This document shows, piece after piece, positions 51,965-61,415 of a stretch of DNA of 64,000 nucleotides. The stretch is from an uncultured Alphaproteobacteria bacterium (GTDB lineage: Bacteria > Pseudomonadota > Alphaproteobacteria > CAAHEQ01 > UBA3637). Location: positions 218,533 to 282,532 of the forward strand of contig CALXVP010000001.1 in assembly GCA_944392125.1 (NCBI GenBank), in the 5' to 3' direction. A model generated the notes under the pieces. That model saw only the letters and a program-made list of their open reading frames with translations, had not been told where the DNA came from and ran no database searches. Within the stretch, counting starts at the first letter, position 1, and every line of letters begins with the position of its first letter. Both the position numbers and the translations under genes were made by a program.

Positions 51965-52588
51965 ATGAATGTATTGTTGATTAACGGGAGTCCACACCCG
52001 AAAGGATGCACATATACGGCGTTGTCCGAGGTTGCAAAAACATTGAATGAAGAACGAATTGATACAACAATTTTTCATATAGGGCCACAAGCCATTCACG
52101 GCTGCATTGCATGTGGAAAGTGCCGAGAAACGGGATACTGTATTTATACAAAAGACAGAGTAAATGAATGTATCGAGTATGCTCTGCGTGCCGACGGTAT
52201 TATCGTTGGTTCACCCGTTTTTTACGCGGGGCCAAACGGGGCCTTATGTGCTTTATTGGACAGACTTTTCTTTGCAATGGGCGGAGCATTGGCGTATAAA
52301 CCGGCGGCAGCGATTACAAGTAGTCGGCGAGCGGGTGGACCTGCTTCATTTGATCGATTAAATAAATACTTTACCATGTCAAACATGCCGATTGTTTCAT
52401 CTCAATATTGGAATGAAGTGCATGGCAGCACGCCCGAGGAAGTCAAGAAAGACGCCGAGGGGATGCAAACAATGCGCACATTGGGGCGCAATATGGCATG
52501 GCTTTTACGGTGCATTGAAGCAGGGAAACAAAACGGCGTGCCGATGCCCTATCGTGAACCGTTGGTTCGCACGAATTTTATTCGGTGA
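51965..52588 (+). CDS. Flavodoxin-like iron-sulfur flavoprotein
   Basis: VLLINGSPH, CIACGKC...C, GSPVFY, SSQYWN. Confidence 0.9.
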   Translation: MNVLLINGSPHPKGCTYTALSEVAKTLNEERIDTTIFHIGPQAIHGCIACGKCRETGYCIYTKDRVNECIEYALRADGIIVGSPVFYAGPNGALCALLDRLFFAMGGALAYKPAAAITSSRRAGGPASFDRLNKYFTMSNMPIVSSQYWNEVHGSTPEEVKKDAEGMQTMRTLGRNMAWLLRCIEAGKQNGVPMPYREPLVRTNFIR

Positions 52589-52699
52589 GTTTGACTTGTT
52601 TACATCATCTGAATAGTTGTGTTTTAATATAACAGTATATTAAAAATACCACTCAATAAGTGCACTGATTAGAATGTAAAAATAAATTATGTGATTAAA

Positions 52700-52730
52700 T
52701 AAAAACGGGAATTTATATAATCCCGTTTTT
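52700..52730. terminator. Bidirectional terminator
   Basis: AAAAACGGGA...TCCCGTTTTT. Confidence 0.7.
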
Positions 52731-52762
52731 ATTTTAGAAGAGCGAGTAAAATAGGAATTATA

Positions 52763-54553
52763 TTACTTCAAGACGCAATAATTTCCATCCAGCGTGCGCT
52801 CTTCATAGCATTCCATACAGGCATCGGTTATATTCTGAACATTCACGCGTTCTTCGGTATCACAGGGATAGCATTTATTATCCCAACCTCGAAGTGGTGC
52901 ATCTGACGGGCATTTTGGAACGCACATATCATTATATCTATTGCGTGTATCCGGGCACTGTTCGCAACCATCATGCGAAACACTGCCTATACCTATATTT
53001 TTTTCTTCGTAACAAGAGTAGCAATCACCATACTGTCCTGTAAACATACCTTTATCACAAGGAATGGAACATAAAACATTCCATTCTCCATTTGCAATAC
53101 GATTCGGACAAGTCGCGTTGCAGATTTCCTCAGATTCTACTATTCTTATCGGATCAGGGTAACTACAATCATAACATACCCCATCATCCCCACGAATTTC
53201 GCCTTTTGGACAATCCAAAATACAGTATTCTCCTACAAGTTTACGATTTGGACAATTCTCACAACCATCATGCTTTACCTGAGCTACCTTTATATTTTTT
53301 TCTTCGTAACAAGAGTAGCAATCACCATACTGTCCTGTAAACATACCTTTATCACAAGGAATGGAGCACAAAAAATTCCATTCTCCATTTGCAATACGAT
53401 TCGGACAAGTCGCATTGCAGGTCTTTTCTGCATTATTTATTCTAATTGGATCTTCTTCATCGCAAGTGTGACATTTTCCATTTGTATCTCTTAGCGCTCC
53501 CTCACATTTCAAAACACATTTATTATTCCACACTTCTCTATTCGGGCAAGCGTTGCAGTTTTCATTGACGCCCGTAACGTCAACCCCGTTTTCTTCCTCG
53601 CAAGTGTAGCAGTTGCCGTTTTTATCTATGAGCGGCTTAAACCACGGGCAACATTGGTCGCCTGCCACATTGCAACAATAGCCGTTCATTGTGGACGGGC
53701 AACAATACGGCCCCGCCCACCTGTCGCTCGTGCAACAGACTTGACTTCCCGTTAAAATATCTTGTCTACACCGTTCATTACTCCCGCAGATTGACACACA
53801 TACACCCTCTGCCGAACATCTTGCACATTTACTCGCACAATCATCATCACTATAACATTCTTGATACGGCAACATATCGTCTTCCAAGTGCGCCCCGTAT
53901 TGGAAGATCATCACGGCTGTTGTTGTCGGCTCGCCTGTTTCCGTCAATCCATCGCAGATACTGGTGTTCCCGTCGTAGGCTAAATCCCCCACTTTCATAA
54001 TAATCGGCAACGTCCATTCCGTCCGCAAAATCATCTTACATTCTTCTACCGGCACATTCTGCACTTCTATTTCAAAGTATTTCGGGTCTTCTAACCAATA
54101 CGCCACTATCGGATACCCGAGATTCGTATATTCCCCCATTTCCATCACAATTTCGGGATTTTCGGGGTCGGTTGTGTTATTATCCGCAATCGGAGCGATT
54201 GCATACGCCCGCAAATTGATTTCATGCACCGTTTCATTCGCCCGATACATTGTCATCGCATACCGATAGCCCATAATTCCCGCAACCGATAAGACCCCAA
54301 TCACCGCCAATACACCCAGCATTTCTACCATACTCCGCCCGTATTCGGCCAAGCGCATACCCCGTAATCCGCACAATCCATGTTGCGTTTGTGAGTCGGC
54401 TGAAAATCTGGCTTTTTGATTGTTTTTCAAGCGCGCGAGGCTTATTTGATGCGCTGATTTTATCTCTCGTTTTGCGCGATTCGCCTCAAATTCCCTGTTT
54501 TTTACTTTTTTTGCATAAAAAGAAGCCAAATTAACTATTTGTTTTATATTCAT
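52763..54553 (-). CDS. Pilin-like protein with long leader and cysteine-rich repeat tail
   Basis: G|RSMVEMLGVLAVIGVLSVAG; C-terminal ~370 aa of CxxC / CPNR repeats; GGAG RBS before 54553. Confidence 0.8.
   Translation of the reverse strand: MNIKQIVNLASFYAKKVKNREFEANRAKREIKSAHQISLARLKNNQKARFSADSQTQHGLCGLRGMRLAEYGRSMVEMLGVLAVIGVLSVAGIMGYRYAMTMYRANETVHEINLRAYAIAPIADNNTTDPENPEIVMEMGEYTNLGYPIVAYWLEDPKYFEIEVQNVPVEECKMILRTEWTLPIIMKVGDLAYDGNTSICDGLTETGEPTTTAVMIFQYGAHLEDDMLPYQECYSDDDCASKCARCSAEGVCVSICGSNERCRQDILTGSQVCCTSDRWAGPYCCPSTMNGYCCNVAGDQCCPWFKPLIDKNGNCYTCEEENGVDVTGVNENCNACPNREVWNNKCVLKCEGALRDTNGKCHTCDEEDPIRINNAEKTCNATCPNRIANGEWNFLCSIPCDKGMFTGQYGDCYSCYEEKNIKVAQVKHDGCENCPNRKLVGEYCILDCPKGEIRGDDGVCYDCSYPDPIRIVESEEICNATCPNRIANGEWNVLCSIPCDKGMFTGQYGDCYSCYEEKNIGIGSVSHDGCEQCPDTRNRYNDMCVPKCPSDAPLRGWDNKCYPCDTEERVNVQNITDACMECYEERTLDGNYCVLK
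52994..53420. repeat. Intragenic direct repeat, two ~130-bp near-identical copies 297 bp apart
   Basis: Copies at about 52994-53123 and 53291-53420 encode CNATCPNRIANGEWNxLCSIPCDKGMFTGQYGDCYSCYEEKNI. Confidence 0.9.
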
Positions 54554-54960
54554 TTTTCTTCTCCCCATTCTTCATAAACGTCCGTTTATGTAGAGGGAGA
54601 ACAGCGCAAAATCGTCCCACAAAAATCAATCTTAAAAAATCATTATTTTATAAGTAGATATTCATATTTAAATTTTCACTTGATTATTCTAAAAATACCT
54701 TTATAATCTGATTTATACTATATCATCTAGACGGACCTTTTTGTAGAGTCCGCCTCATAAATATCTTCGGTATCAAAAAACATGCAAACAACTGCTTCAA
54801 TTATAAAATAAATCCACTCAATCCACACTTTTTTTTCACATAAAGGTGCCGATTAAAATAACCAAAAACATAAATAACGCAATATAATCCATGATAAAAT
54901 TCGTTCCGTTTTATCAAGCCGATTTTATAAACAGTGGCCTCTTACTCTCTGGTTAATTTC

Positions 54961-55422
54961 TTACCGCGGGACAAATATCATATCCGTTGTGCCCGAAGAA
55001 TTACAGGTGTTAGATAACGAAACAAAGTGCTTTGTTCCATCCGTATTATTTAATTCTTCACTCATTTGTTCGCATGCCGATTCCGGCACACCCTCATACG
55101 TAATCGTGTATGAATCATCTCCGTCGGCCGCAACGGTAATATTTCCGCCCCACCGATTCGTCTTGGAGGCTAATACATCTTCATCAACCAAGTCATCCGT
55201 TGTATAACCCGTCAAGCAATCCGAATAACTGCTGGACCAGGAACACATATCATCAATATCGCGCGAAACTTGATCAATTTCCAACAAAGTAGCGCTCGTT
55301 CTGAAATATGAATCTACATACGACATAGACGTTATCCCGCCAACGGCAATTACCCCGATGATGGCGATAACACCCAACATTTCAACCATGCTTCTGCCCG
55401 ATTCCGAAGATACTTTTCTCAT
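54961..55422 (-). CDS. Type IV pilin-like protein (PilS-like globular head)
   Basis: MRKVSSESG|RSMVEMLGVIAIIGVIAVGG; NRWGGNITV...YTITYEGVPESAC resembles type IVb PilS heads. Confidence 0.8.
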   Translation of the reverse strand: MRKVSSESGRSMVEMLGVIAIIGVIAVGGITSMSYVDSYFRTSATLLEIDQVSRDIDDMCSWSSSYSDCLTGYTTDDLVDEDVLASKTNRWGGNITVAADGDDSYTITYEGVPESACEQMSEELNNTDGTKHFVSLSNTCNSSGTTDMIFVPR

Positions 55423-56594
55423 TTTTTATCCTTCCCCTCATCTGGTTTTTTCTCATTATAAGACAAAAGTTTTTCAATGACAAGTCTTTTTTTCCGACTA
55501 AAATTCAACTCTACCCAAAATTTTTCCGCTCGTTGCATTTGTCGATGAATTTCGGCGCCTCGCCATCCCAAATTATACAAATCACTTCCCCGAATCGGGA
55601 AAACAGGCATTTTGATTTTTTTAAGTTTTTGAAATTCTGTTTCCGATAACGAATGATTTAGTTGAAATATATGTAAATGAAACAAATAAGCAGGCTTTCC
55701 GATTTTCCATAATAAATAGCGGTTTTCGGCTTGCGTTTTCCCTATTTGAACTGTTGCACCGTATAAGCCGAGTTGCTTTCGCTCCGCTTTACTCCATTTC
55801 CATGCAACGGCTTGCGGAGAATCAACCAATGCCGATAAACGCATTAAACAATCGGCACGCGGATAACTTTTCAAAAATGCCTCCAACCGCCCTACGTCGG
55901 CTTTCGGTAAAATAACGGATAACACGCCGTTTTCCTGCATCAAATTTAATGAATTTATCACATATCTGCCCATGAGTAATTTCATCATCTCCGCACGGAT
56001 TCGCTCTGCCGAGATATCGAGCAAACCGTTTCTATGGATTCGGCAAGCCGATAACGATTCTTCATCAATCTTTTTTGTTCCGAATAATGCCAAAAATCTA
56101 AAATAACGTAAAATACGCAAAAAATCTTCTTGCACCCGTGCATTTGCTTCGCCGATAAATCGGATTCTGCGAGCGGACAAATCTTTCAAACCGTTCGTAT
56201 AATCACTGATATTCCCCGCTTTATCCATATACAGCGCATTAACGGTAAAATCGCGCCGGTGTGCATCCGTTGCATACGAATCCACAAACGCTACGTCGGC
56301 ATGGCGTCCGTCGGCCAAAACATCTTGTCGCAATGTGGTGATTTCATAAGGAACACCATGATAAACCGCCGTTACCGTTCCATGTTTCAACCCTGTCGGG
56401 TAAACAGGAATATGATTTTGTTTTAAAAGAGAAATAACCGTTTCCGGACAAAGAGGTGTTGCCAAATCATAATCATTTACCTTTTTGCCGAGTAAATAGT
56501 CGCGCACACAACCGCCGACCAATCGAACATTATCATCAAAAACATTAAATAATTCAACTATATCTTTTGTGATAAGCTCTTTTTTGTTCATCAT
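55419..56594 (-). CDS. cca: CCA tRNA nucleotidyltransferase
   Basis: VGGCVRD, DYDLAT, RRDFTVNAL, EDFLRILRYFRF, SAERI. Confidence 0.92.
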   Translation of the reverse strand: MMNKKELITKDIVELFNVFDDNVRLVGGCVRDYLLGKKVNDYDLATPLCPETVISLLKQNHIPVYPTGLKHGTVTAVYHGVPYEITTLRQDVLADGRHADVAFVDSYATDAHRRDFTVNALYMDKAGNISDYTNGLKDLSARRIRFIGEANARVQEDFLRILRYFRFLALFGTKKIDEESLSACRIHRNGLLDISAERIRAEMMKLLMGRYVINSLNLMQENGVLSVILPKADVGRLEAFLKSYPRADCLMRLSALVDSPQAVAWKWSKAERKQLGLYGATVQIGKTQAENRYLLWKIGKPAYLFHLHIFQLNHSLSETEFQKLKKIKMPVFPIRGSDLYNLGWRGAEIHRQMQRAEKFWVELNFSRKKRLVIEKLLSYNEKKPDEGKDKK

Positions 56595-56665
56595 TTAACT
56601 CCTTAATACTTGCTATACGCAATAATTTCTTGCAAATCAAGTAAAAAAAAGGTAAAACCATTCCC

Positions 56666-57826
56666 ATGATGATTGAAACGACAGATGAATTGCAAGCGGT
56701 ATGTCGGCGATTTGCAACATACCCCTATGTAACGGTAGATACGGAATTTATCCGCGAAAAAACATATTACCCCGATTTATGCCTGATTCAACTTGCATCT
56801 CGAGATGAGGCTTATTGCATTGATCCATTGGCTCCCGGCATAAATCTGGCGCCGTTGTTTGAGCTGTTTCAAAATAAAAACGTTGTGAAAGTGTTTCACG
56901 CCGGCAGACAGGATATTGAGATTTTCCTGCATTTAAGCGGTGAAATTCCCACCCCCGTTTTTGATACGCAAATCGGCGCAATGGTTTGCGGATTCGGCGA
57001 GAATGTGGCTTACGGGCAGTTGGTTCAAACGCTGTTGGGCGTTAGATTGGATAAAAGCATGCGTTGCACAAATTGGGCAAGACGCCCGCTTTCCGAAGAA
57101 CAGATTCAATACGGATTATGCGATGTAACATATTTGCGAGATGTGTATGAGAAAATAACGGCGCGTTTGGAAGAAACAAAGCGCTTATCTTGGATACAAG
57201 AAGAACTGGCTGTTTTAACAAATCCCGAAACCTATAACCCCACACCCGAACAAATATGCCGTAAACTTCATTATCCTTTTTCAAAACCGCTTGCGATTTT
57301 GATTTATCAAAAACTTTATTTATGGCGCGAGAATTTAGCCAAATTAAAGAATCGTCCGCGCCGATACCTGGTAAAAGATGAATTGCTGGCGGAATTGGCA
57401 CTCGTGCATCCGCAAAATACGGCGCAATTAAAGGAAATGCGCGGTATTCCGAGTAATTTTGAAAATTCTTCATACGCAAATGCCATTATTAAAATCATCA
57501 ATGAAGCCCTGAAATGCAAGTCTTCCGATTTACCGCATATCGAATCGGAGCGCACTTTGAGCGTTGCTGAAAAGAACTTATTAAGCATCTTAAAATTTGC
57601 CCTTACGATTGTGGCCGACAAAGAAGAAATTGCGCATTCTCTCATTGCTTCGTCCGAGGACTTGGCAACTTATGTGCGCGAAAAACAAGCCCCGTTTTTA
57701 ACAGGGTGGCGCTATGCGGTATTCGGAAAAATTGCCGAACAACTGGCGCAAGGCAACCTCGGCATTTATTTTGATGCAAAAAAAGGGGAAGCCGTTATGG
57801 GCGAAATTCATAATTTGACGAAATAA
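56666..57826 (+). CDS. rnd: Ribonuclease D
   Basis: VDTEFIREKTYYPDLCLIQL, HAGRQD, FDTQ, HRDC region, GWR. Confidence 0.94.
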   Translation: MMIETTDELQAVCRRFATYPYVTVDTEFIREKTYYPDLCLIQLASRDEAYCIDPLAPGINLAPLFELFQNKNVVKVFHAGRQDIEIFLHLSGEIPTPVFDTQIGAMVCGFGENVAYGQLVQTLLGVRLDKSMRCTNWARRPLSEEQIQYGLCDVTYLRDVYEKITARLEETKRLSWIQEELAVLTNPETYNPTPEQICRKLHYPFSKPLAILIYQKLYLWRENLAKLKNRPRRYLVKDELLAELALVHPQNTAQLKEMRGIPSNFENSSYANAIIKIINEALKCKSSDLPHIESERTLSVAEKNLLSILKFALTIVADKEEIAHSLIASSEDLATYVREKQAPFLTGWRYAVFGKIAEQLAQGNLGIYFDAKKGEAVMGEIHNLTK

Positions 57827-57904
57827 TAGACTTTTTTGTTGTTTCTTCTTGCAATACGGATACTATTGTGATAAAATGAATCCACTTATCAGCAGGAGGC
57901 AAAA

Positions 57905-59347
57905 ATGCAACAAGATAAAGGAGCAAAAACATACGTCAACGGCGGGATTGCCGTTCAAAGTTCTATTGCACCGTCAAGCAAGGAAGATACGCCACTCATC
58001 AAAGCAATTCAAGCGCAAGATTACCAGCGCTTTGAGGCTTTGATGGCAACGGAAGATGTCAATGAGCCGGGGTCTTATGGATTGACGCCGTTGATTGCCG
58101 CCTGCTATATCAATACCAAAATCGGCAGAGCCATAATTCAAAGATTACTTCGCTCTCCCGCAATCAATGTGAATCAAGAAGATGATCAAGGGATGTCGCC
58201 GTTAGGTGTGGCAACGGTCAGAAACAGCCGATTGGTTGTGGCTGCCTTGTTGCGCAAAGGAGCGAATCCGAATATCCATACTTACACCCGCTTGAAAGGC
58301 GGATACGATAGTCAAGGTAAAGATTATAACCGCTGGCGCCAGGTAACACCGCTCAGTTTGGCTGCGCGCCGTCATGATAAGCGCATGGCCGACGTTTTAC
58401 TTAAATTCGGCGCATCGGTTGACTTATTGAGCGATTTGGATATTACACCGCTTTCCATGTCGGCACGCGGAGATGATGTTGATATGATGGCTTATTTTCA
58501 TAGAAACGGAGCCCACTTGGACACTATGCCGACAAATTGGCGGGAATATACGGATCAAAAAGAAAAAGGTTGCCCGGTTGTGTTACGCAAGGTATTGAAA
58601 TACGGGAGCATTAACTGTCTCAGATATTTAATCAACGCCGGATTGCGTATTCCGCCCGTTATTTATAAAAAGGGGGGCGACCAGATGCCGATATTGACTT
58701 ATCTGCTTTCGCAACCGATTCCGTTTTCGGAACAAGCTAACTATGAAAGTTGCGCACGGCTTTTACTCGGTAGCGGATATGACAGCTTAAATACAATCCG
58801 CTTTACCGATAACCAGAAGCTCAACATTGCCGATACCGACTTTTTAGGCAGAAACGCACTCTATTATGCAACTTATTCTTACGGAGAGGATTTATGCGCC
58901 CAACTGGCAACGGCGGACACAATGTGTCGCCGTGATATTGAAGGGGATACACCTTACAGTGTTGCCATCCGTCGAGGAGAACTCCCGATTATCCGCATGT
59001 TTTTAGGGAAAGGTGTCAATCCGAATGAAGCAGTGCACTATTATCCCTGGACGATTACGGAACTGGATTCGTATCCGAACGGCATTACGGAGCCGGGCAT
59101 TTTTTATGCAATGAAGCGAAAAGATGAACGCTTGGCATCGTTATTGATTCAAAAAGGCGCAAATCTGCTATGGCAAAATCCGGAAGGCAAACAGCCGGTT
59201 GATTATTTAGATGAAAACTTTTCACCTGAATTTAAACAATTTTTTATGAAACGTATGGAAATGCAAAAAGCAAATCTGAATGTTGCCTCACGCAACAAGC
59301 AACTTAACACCATGGCGCGCACTTTCATTAAAAAAGAACGCAGTTAA
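57905..59347 (+). CDS. Ankyrin-repeat protein
   Basis: Repeated TPLxxA...G(A)xxN units (GLTPLIAAC, GMSPLGVA, TPLSLAA, GDTPYSVAI); GGAGG RBS; no signal peptide. Confidence 0.88.
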   Translation: MQQDKGAKTYVNGGIAVQSSIAPSSKEDTPLIKAIQAQDYQRFEALMATEDVNEPGSYGLTPLIAACYINTKIGRAIIQRLLRSPAINVNQEDDQGMSPLGVATVRNSRLVVAALLRKGANPNIHTYTRLKGGYDSQGKDYNRWRQVTPLSLAARRHDKRMADVLLKFGASVDLLSDLDITPLSMSARGDDVDMMAYFHRNGAHLDTMPTNWREYTDQKEKGCPVVLRKVLKYGSINCLRYLINAGLRIPPVIYKKGGDQMPILTYLLSQPIPFSEQANYESCARLLLGSGYDSLNTIRFTDNQKLNIADTDFLGRNALYYATYSYGEDLCAQLATADTMCRRDIEGDTPYSVAIRRGELPIIRMFLGKGVNPNEAVHYYPWTITELDSYPNGITEPGIFYAMKRKDERLASLLIQKGANLLWQNPEGKQPVDYLDENFSPEFKQFFMKRMEMQKANLNVASRNKQLNTMARTFIKKERS

Positions 59348-59588
59348 TAGGCCGTATATGTCCAAAAATATCATATAATAAAACAGATATTGCATTTGGC
59401 ACAATATGAGCAACGGTAATGTTATTCGCTTGTAACCGTGCGCACGGGGGGGGGTATTATCCGCACTTTCAAAACAAGCGCCGGCAGTTTTAACCGGAAA
59501 TACGTTTTAATTCAAGAAAATGATACAAAATAAAATAAACTTGCTTATTTGAATGAAAGAATGTATATTAAGCGTGTAAGGAGAAAAA

Positions 59589-60233
59589 ATGCCCGAACAA
59601 CTGCCACCCGAAATTATGCAAAAAGCGGCCAAGGGAATTTCATACATTGCCCATCCGTTACGCTTGCGCATTTTGGAATATTTAGATGTGAACGGCGAAT
59701 CATCCGTTTCGCAAATTACAAAAGGCGTGAGCGAAGAACAGGTGATTGTATCGCAAAATCTAAAAAAACTGCGGGAAGCCAATTTAGTCAAAACCAAAAG
59801 ACGGGGCATTTTTATTTTTTATGCCATTGATGAGGAGTATCCCGCCAGCATCTTTGTCTGCCTGCGAAAATTGTTCGGATATATGACGGATAACTTCTAT
59901 TTCTTGCAAGAAAGTTATAAGGTTGCTCTGCCTCGGGATTATACGACCATGGCGGCTAATCGGATTAAACTATTTGCTCATTATGATAAAATGCGCATTT
60001 TGGAATATCTGTTGTTAAACGGGCCGAGCAATGTGAATACATTGGCAGCCGGAATCGGATTAGAACCGTTAAAGGTTTCACAATTTTTAAAAAAAATGAA
60101 AGATGATGAATTTGTTACGTGCGTCAGAAACGGTCGATTTGTGTTTTATGAATTACTGAACGGCGTGCATAAAACAGCCATTGAGTGTATTCGTAAACGA
60201 TATAATGCGTTATCGGATAAATCTCTTTTCTAA
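59589..60233 (+). CDS. Regulator with two tandem ArsR/SmtB winged-HTH domains
   Basis: AHPLRLRILEYL...VSQNLKKL...RRGIFIFY repeated as AHYDKMRILEYL...VSQFLKKM...RNGRFVFY. Confidence 0.85.
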   Translation: MPEQLPPEIMQKAAKGISYIAHPLRLRILEYLDVNGESSVSQITKGVSEEQVIVSQNLKKLREANLVKTKRRGIFIFYAIDEEYPASIFVCLRKLFGYMTDNFYFLQESYKVALPRDYTTMAANRIKLFAHYDKMRILEYLLLNGPSNVNTLAAGIGLEPLKVSQFLKKMKDDEFVTCVRNGRFVFYELLNGVHKTAIECIRKRYNALSDKSLF

Positions 60234-60290
60234 CATTTTGATATGCGGGAACAAGTAAGTTCCAACCATTTTCCGCACGCATTTATAAGT

Positions 60291-60914
60291 TTAACGCGAG
60301 GTTTCACGATGCAACTTTTGCTGAACCGTTCTTGCCATTTCGGCAACATACATTTCTGCCGTTTTGTGATACGTTTTAAAAATTTTTTCATCACCCGGCT
60401 TTGTATCAATGCCTTTAAATTCGCAAGGTGCATAGTTGAGGCGACGCAACCCCTTTTCAACGGCAATCCCCGAAGGATTTCCGATGTAAAATCGGCTGAT
60501 GATTTCTTTAATACCATTGGCAAATAAAAACTTTTCCATGACACGGCGTGAATCCTCATAATAACCTTTTCCCGTTTGTTCGGCATCCGTCCAGGCGCTT
60601 GTTTCAACCACATTTCCTTGTTTTTTAAGCATCAAGCAACCGACGCATCGATCTTCTCCGTGCGGATAAATATAATAGACAGCTTTACTGTCCGCCTCAG
60701 CAGAACGAAGCCACCCCTCCATGGTTTCTTTCATTTGCACAACATCTTTAATACCGCAAAATTCATCTAAAAAATGAACGCGTCGGATATTTCGCCGTAA
60801 CAAAACATAAAAGGCACGCGCTTTTTTCACACTCTTTTCATTTTCAGACAAATTCGGTGCCTTGAAATTCAACTGTAAATCCACGCGGGAACCACTTAAA
60901 TGCGGTGCAAACAT
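60291..60914 (-). CDS. RimJ/RimL-like GNAT-fold protein
   Basis: YYIY...CVGCL...ETSAWTDAEQTGKGY...MEKFLF...RLNY. Confidence 0.6.
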   Translation of the reverse strand: MFAPHLSGSRVDLQLNFKAPNLSENEKSVKKARAFYVLLRRNIRRVHFLDEFCGIKDVVQMKETMEGWLRSAEADSKAVYYIYPHGEDRCVGCLMLKKQGNVVETSAWTDAEQTGKGYYEDSRRVMEKFLFANGIKEIISRFYIGNPSGIAVEKGLRRLNYAPCEFKGIDTKPGDEKIFKTYHKTAEMYVAEMARTVQQKLHRETSR

Positions 60915-60917
60915 TTA

Positions 60918-61301
60918 TTATTCTCTTTCCATGCACGCTTTTTGAAACACAACGGAAAGTTTATCTTCCCGTTCACCCAATTTGACTAACCGAGAGATAA
61001 TCGGTGCCGATTTCTTCAAATCAACCACGGCTCCTTTCGGAAATTTTTGTTGCGCCATTGCCACATTTTCTTTCCCGCATGCATAATGCACAACCGCTGC
61101 ATATTCAGGACCTTTGCGTGTTGCATCGGTATCAATTTCAAAATAATATACCTGTTCGGGATTATCACATGTCCGCAACAAAGCAGTATCCGTTACGATT
61201 CCTTTTTGCGGAAGTATCTCTTGTTTTTGCGTTGTTGCAACTTGCCCGACACATCCCGTTAACCCGGCAACCCCCATCAATAATGCTATATTTTTATTCA
61301 T
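60918..61301 (-). CDS. Hypothetical lipoprotein
   Basis: MNKNIALLMGVAGLTGC lipobox; GGAG RBS before 61301. Confidence 0.7.
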   Translation of the reverse strand: MNKNIALLMGVAGLTGCVGQVATTQKQEILPQKGIVTDTALLRTCDNPEQVYYFEIDTDATRKGPEYAAVVHYACGKENVAMAQQKFPKGAVVDLKKSAPIISRLVKLGEREDKLSVVFQKACMERE

Positions 61302-61415
61302 CGGAAACTCCTTTCGCATTTCATTGAAATCAGTTTATCAGAAAAAATGCTCTTTGTCAACTTTTATTAAACAAAATAATTGCTTTTTTTTAAAAACTGT
61401 GTCATAACTTAAAAT

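Noticed and set aside
52994-53420. Repeat pair as a possible DGR template/variable repeat or CRISPR
   Set aside because: In-frame intragenic duplication, mismatches not adenine-specific, no reverse transcriptase or cas gene, only two copies.
54569-54640. GTGGGACG on the minus strand upstream of the Cys-rich pilin as a c-di-GMP-I riboswitch
   Set aside because: The rest of the consensus (GCAAAC...GAAA, GCAAAG) is absent.
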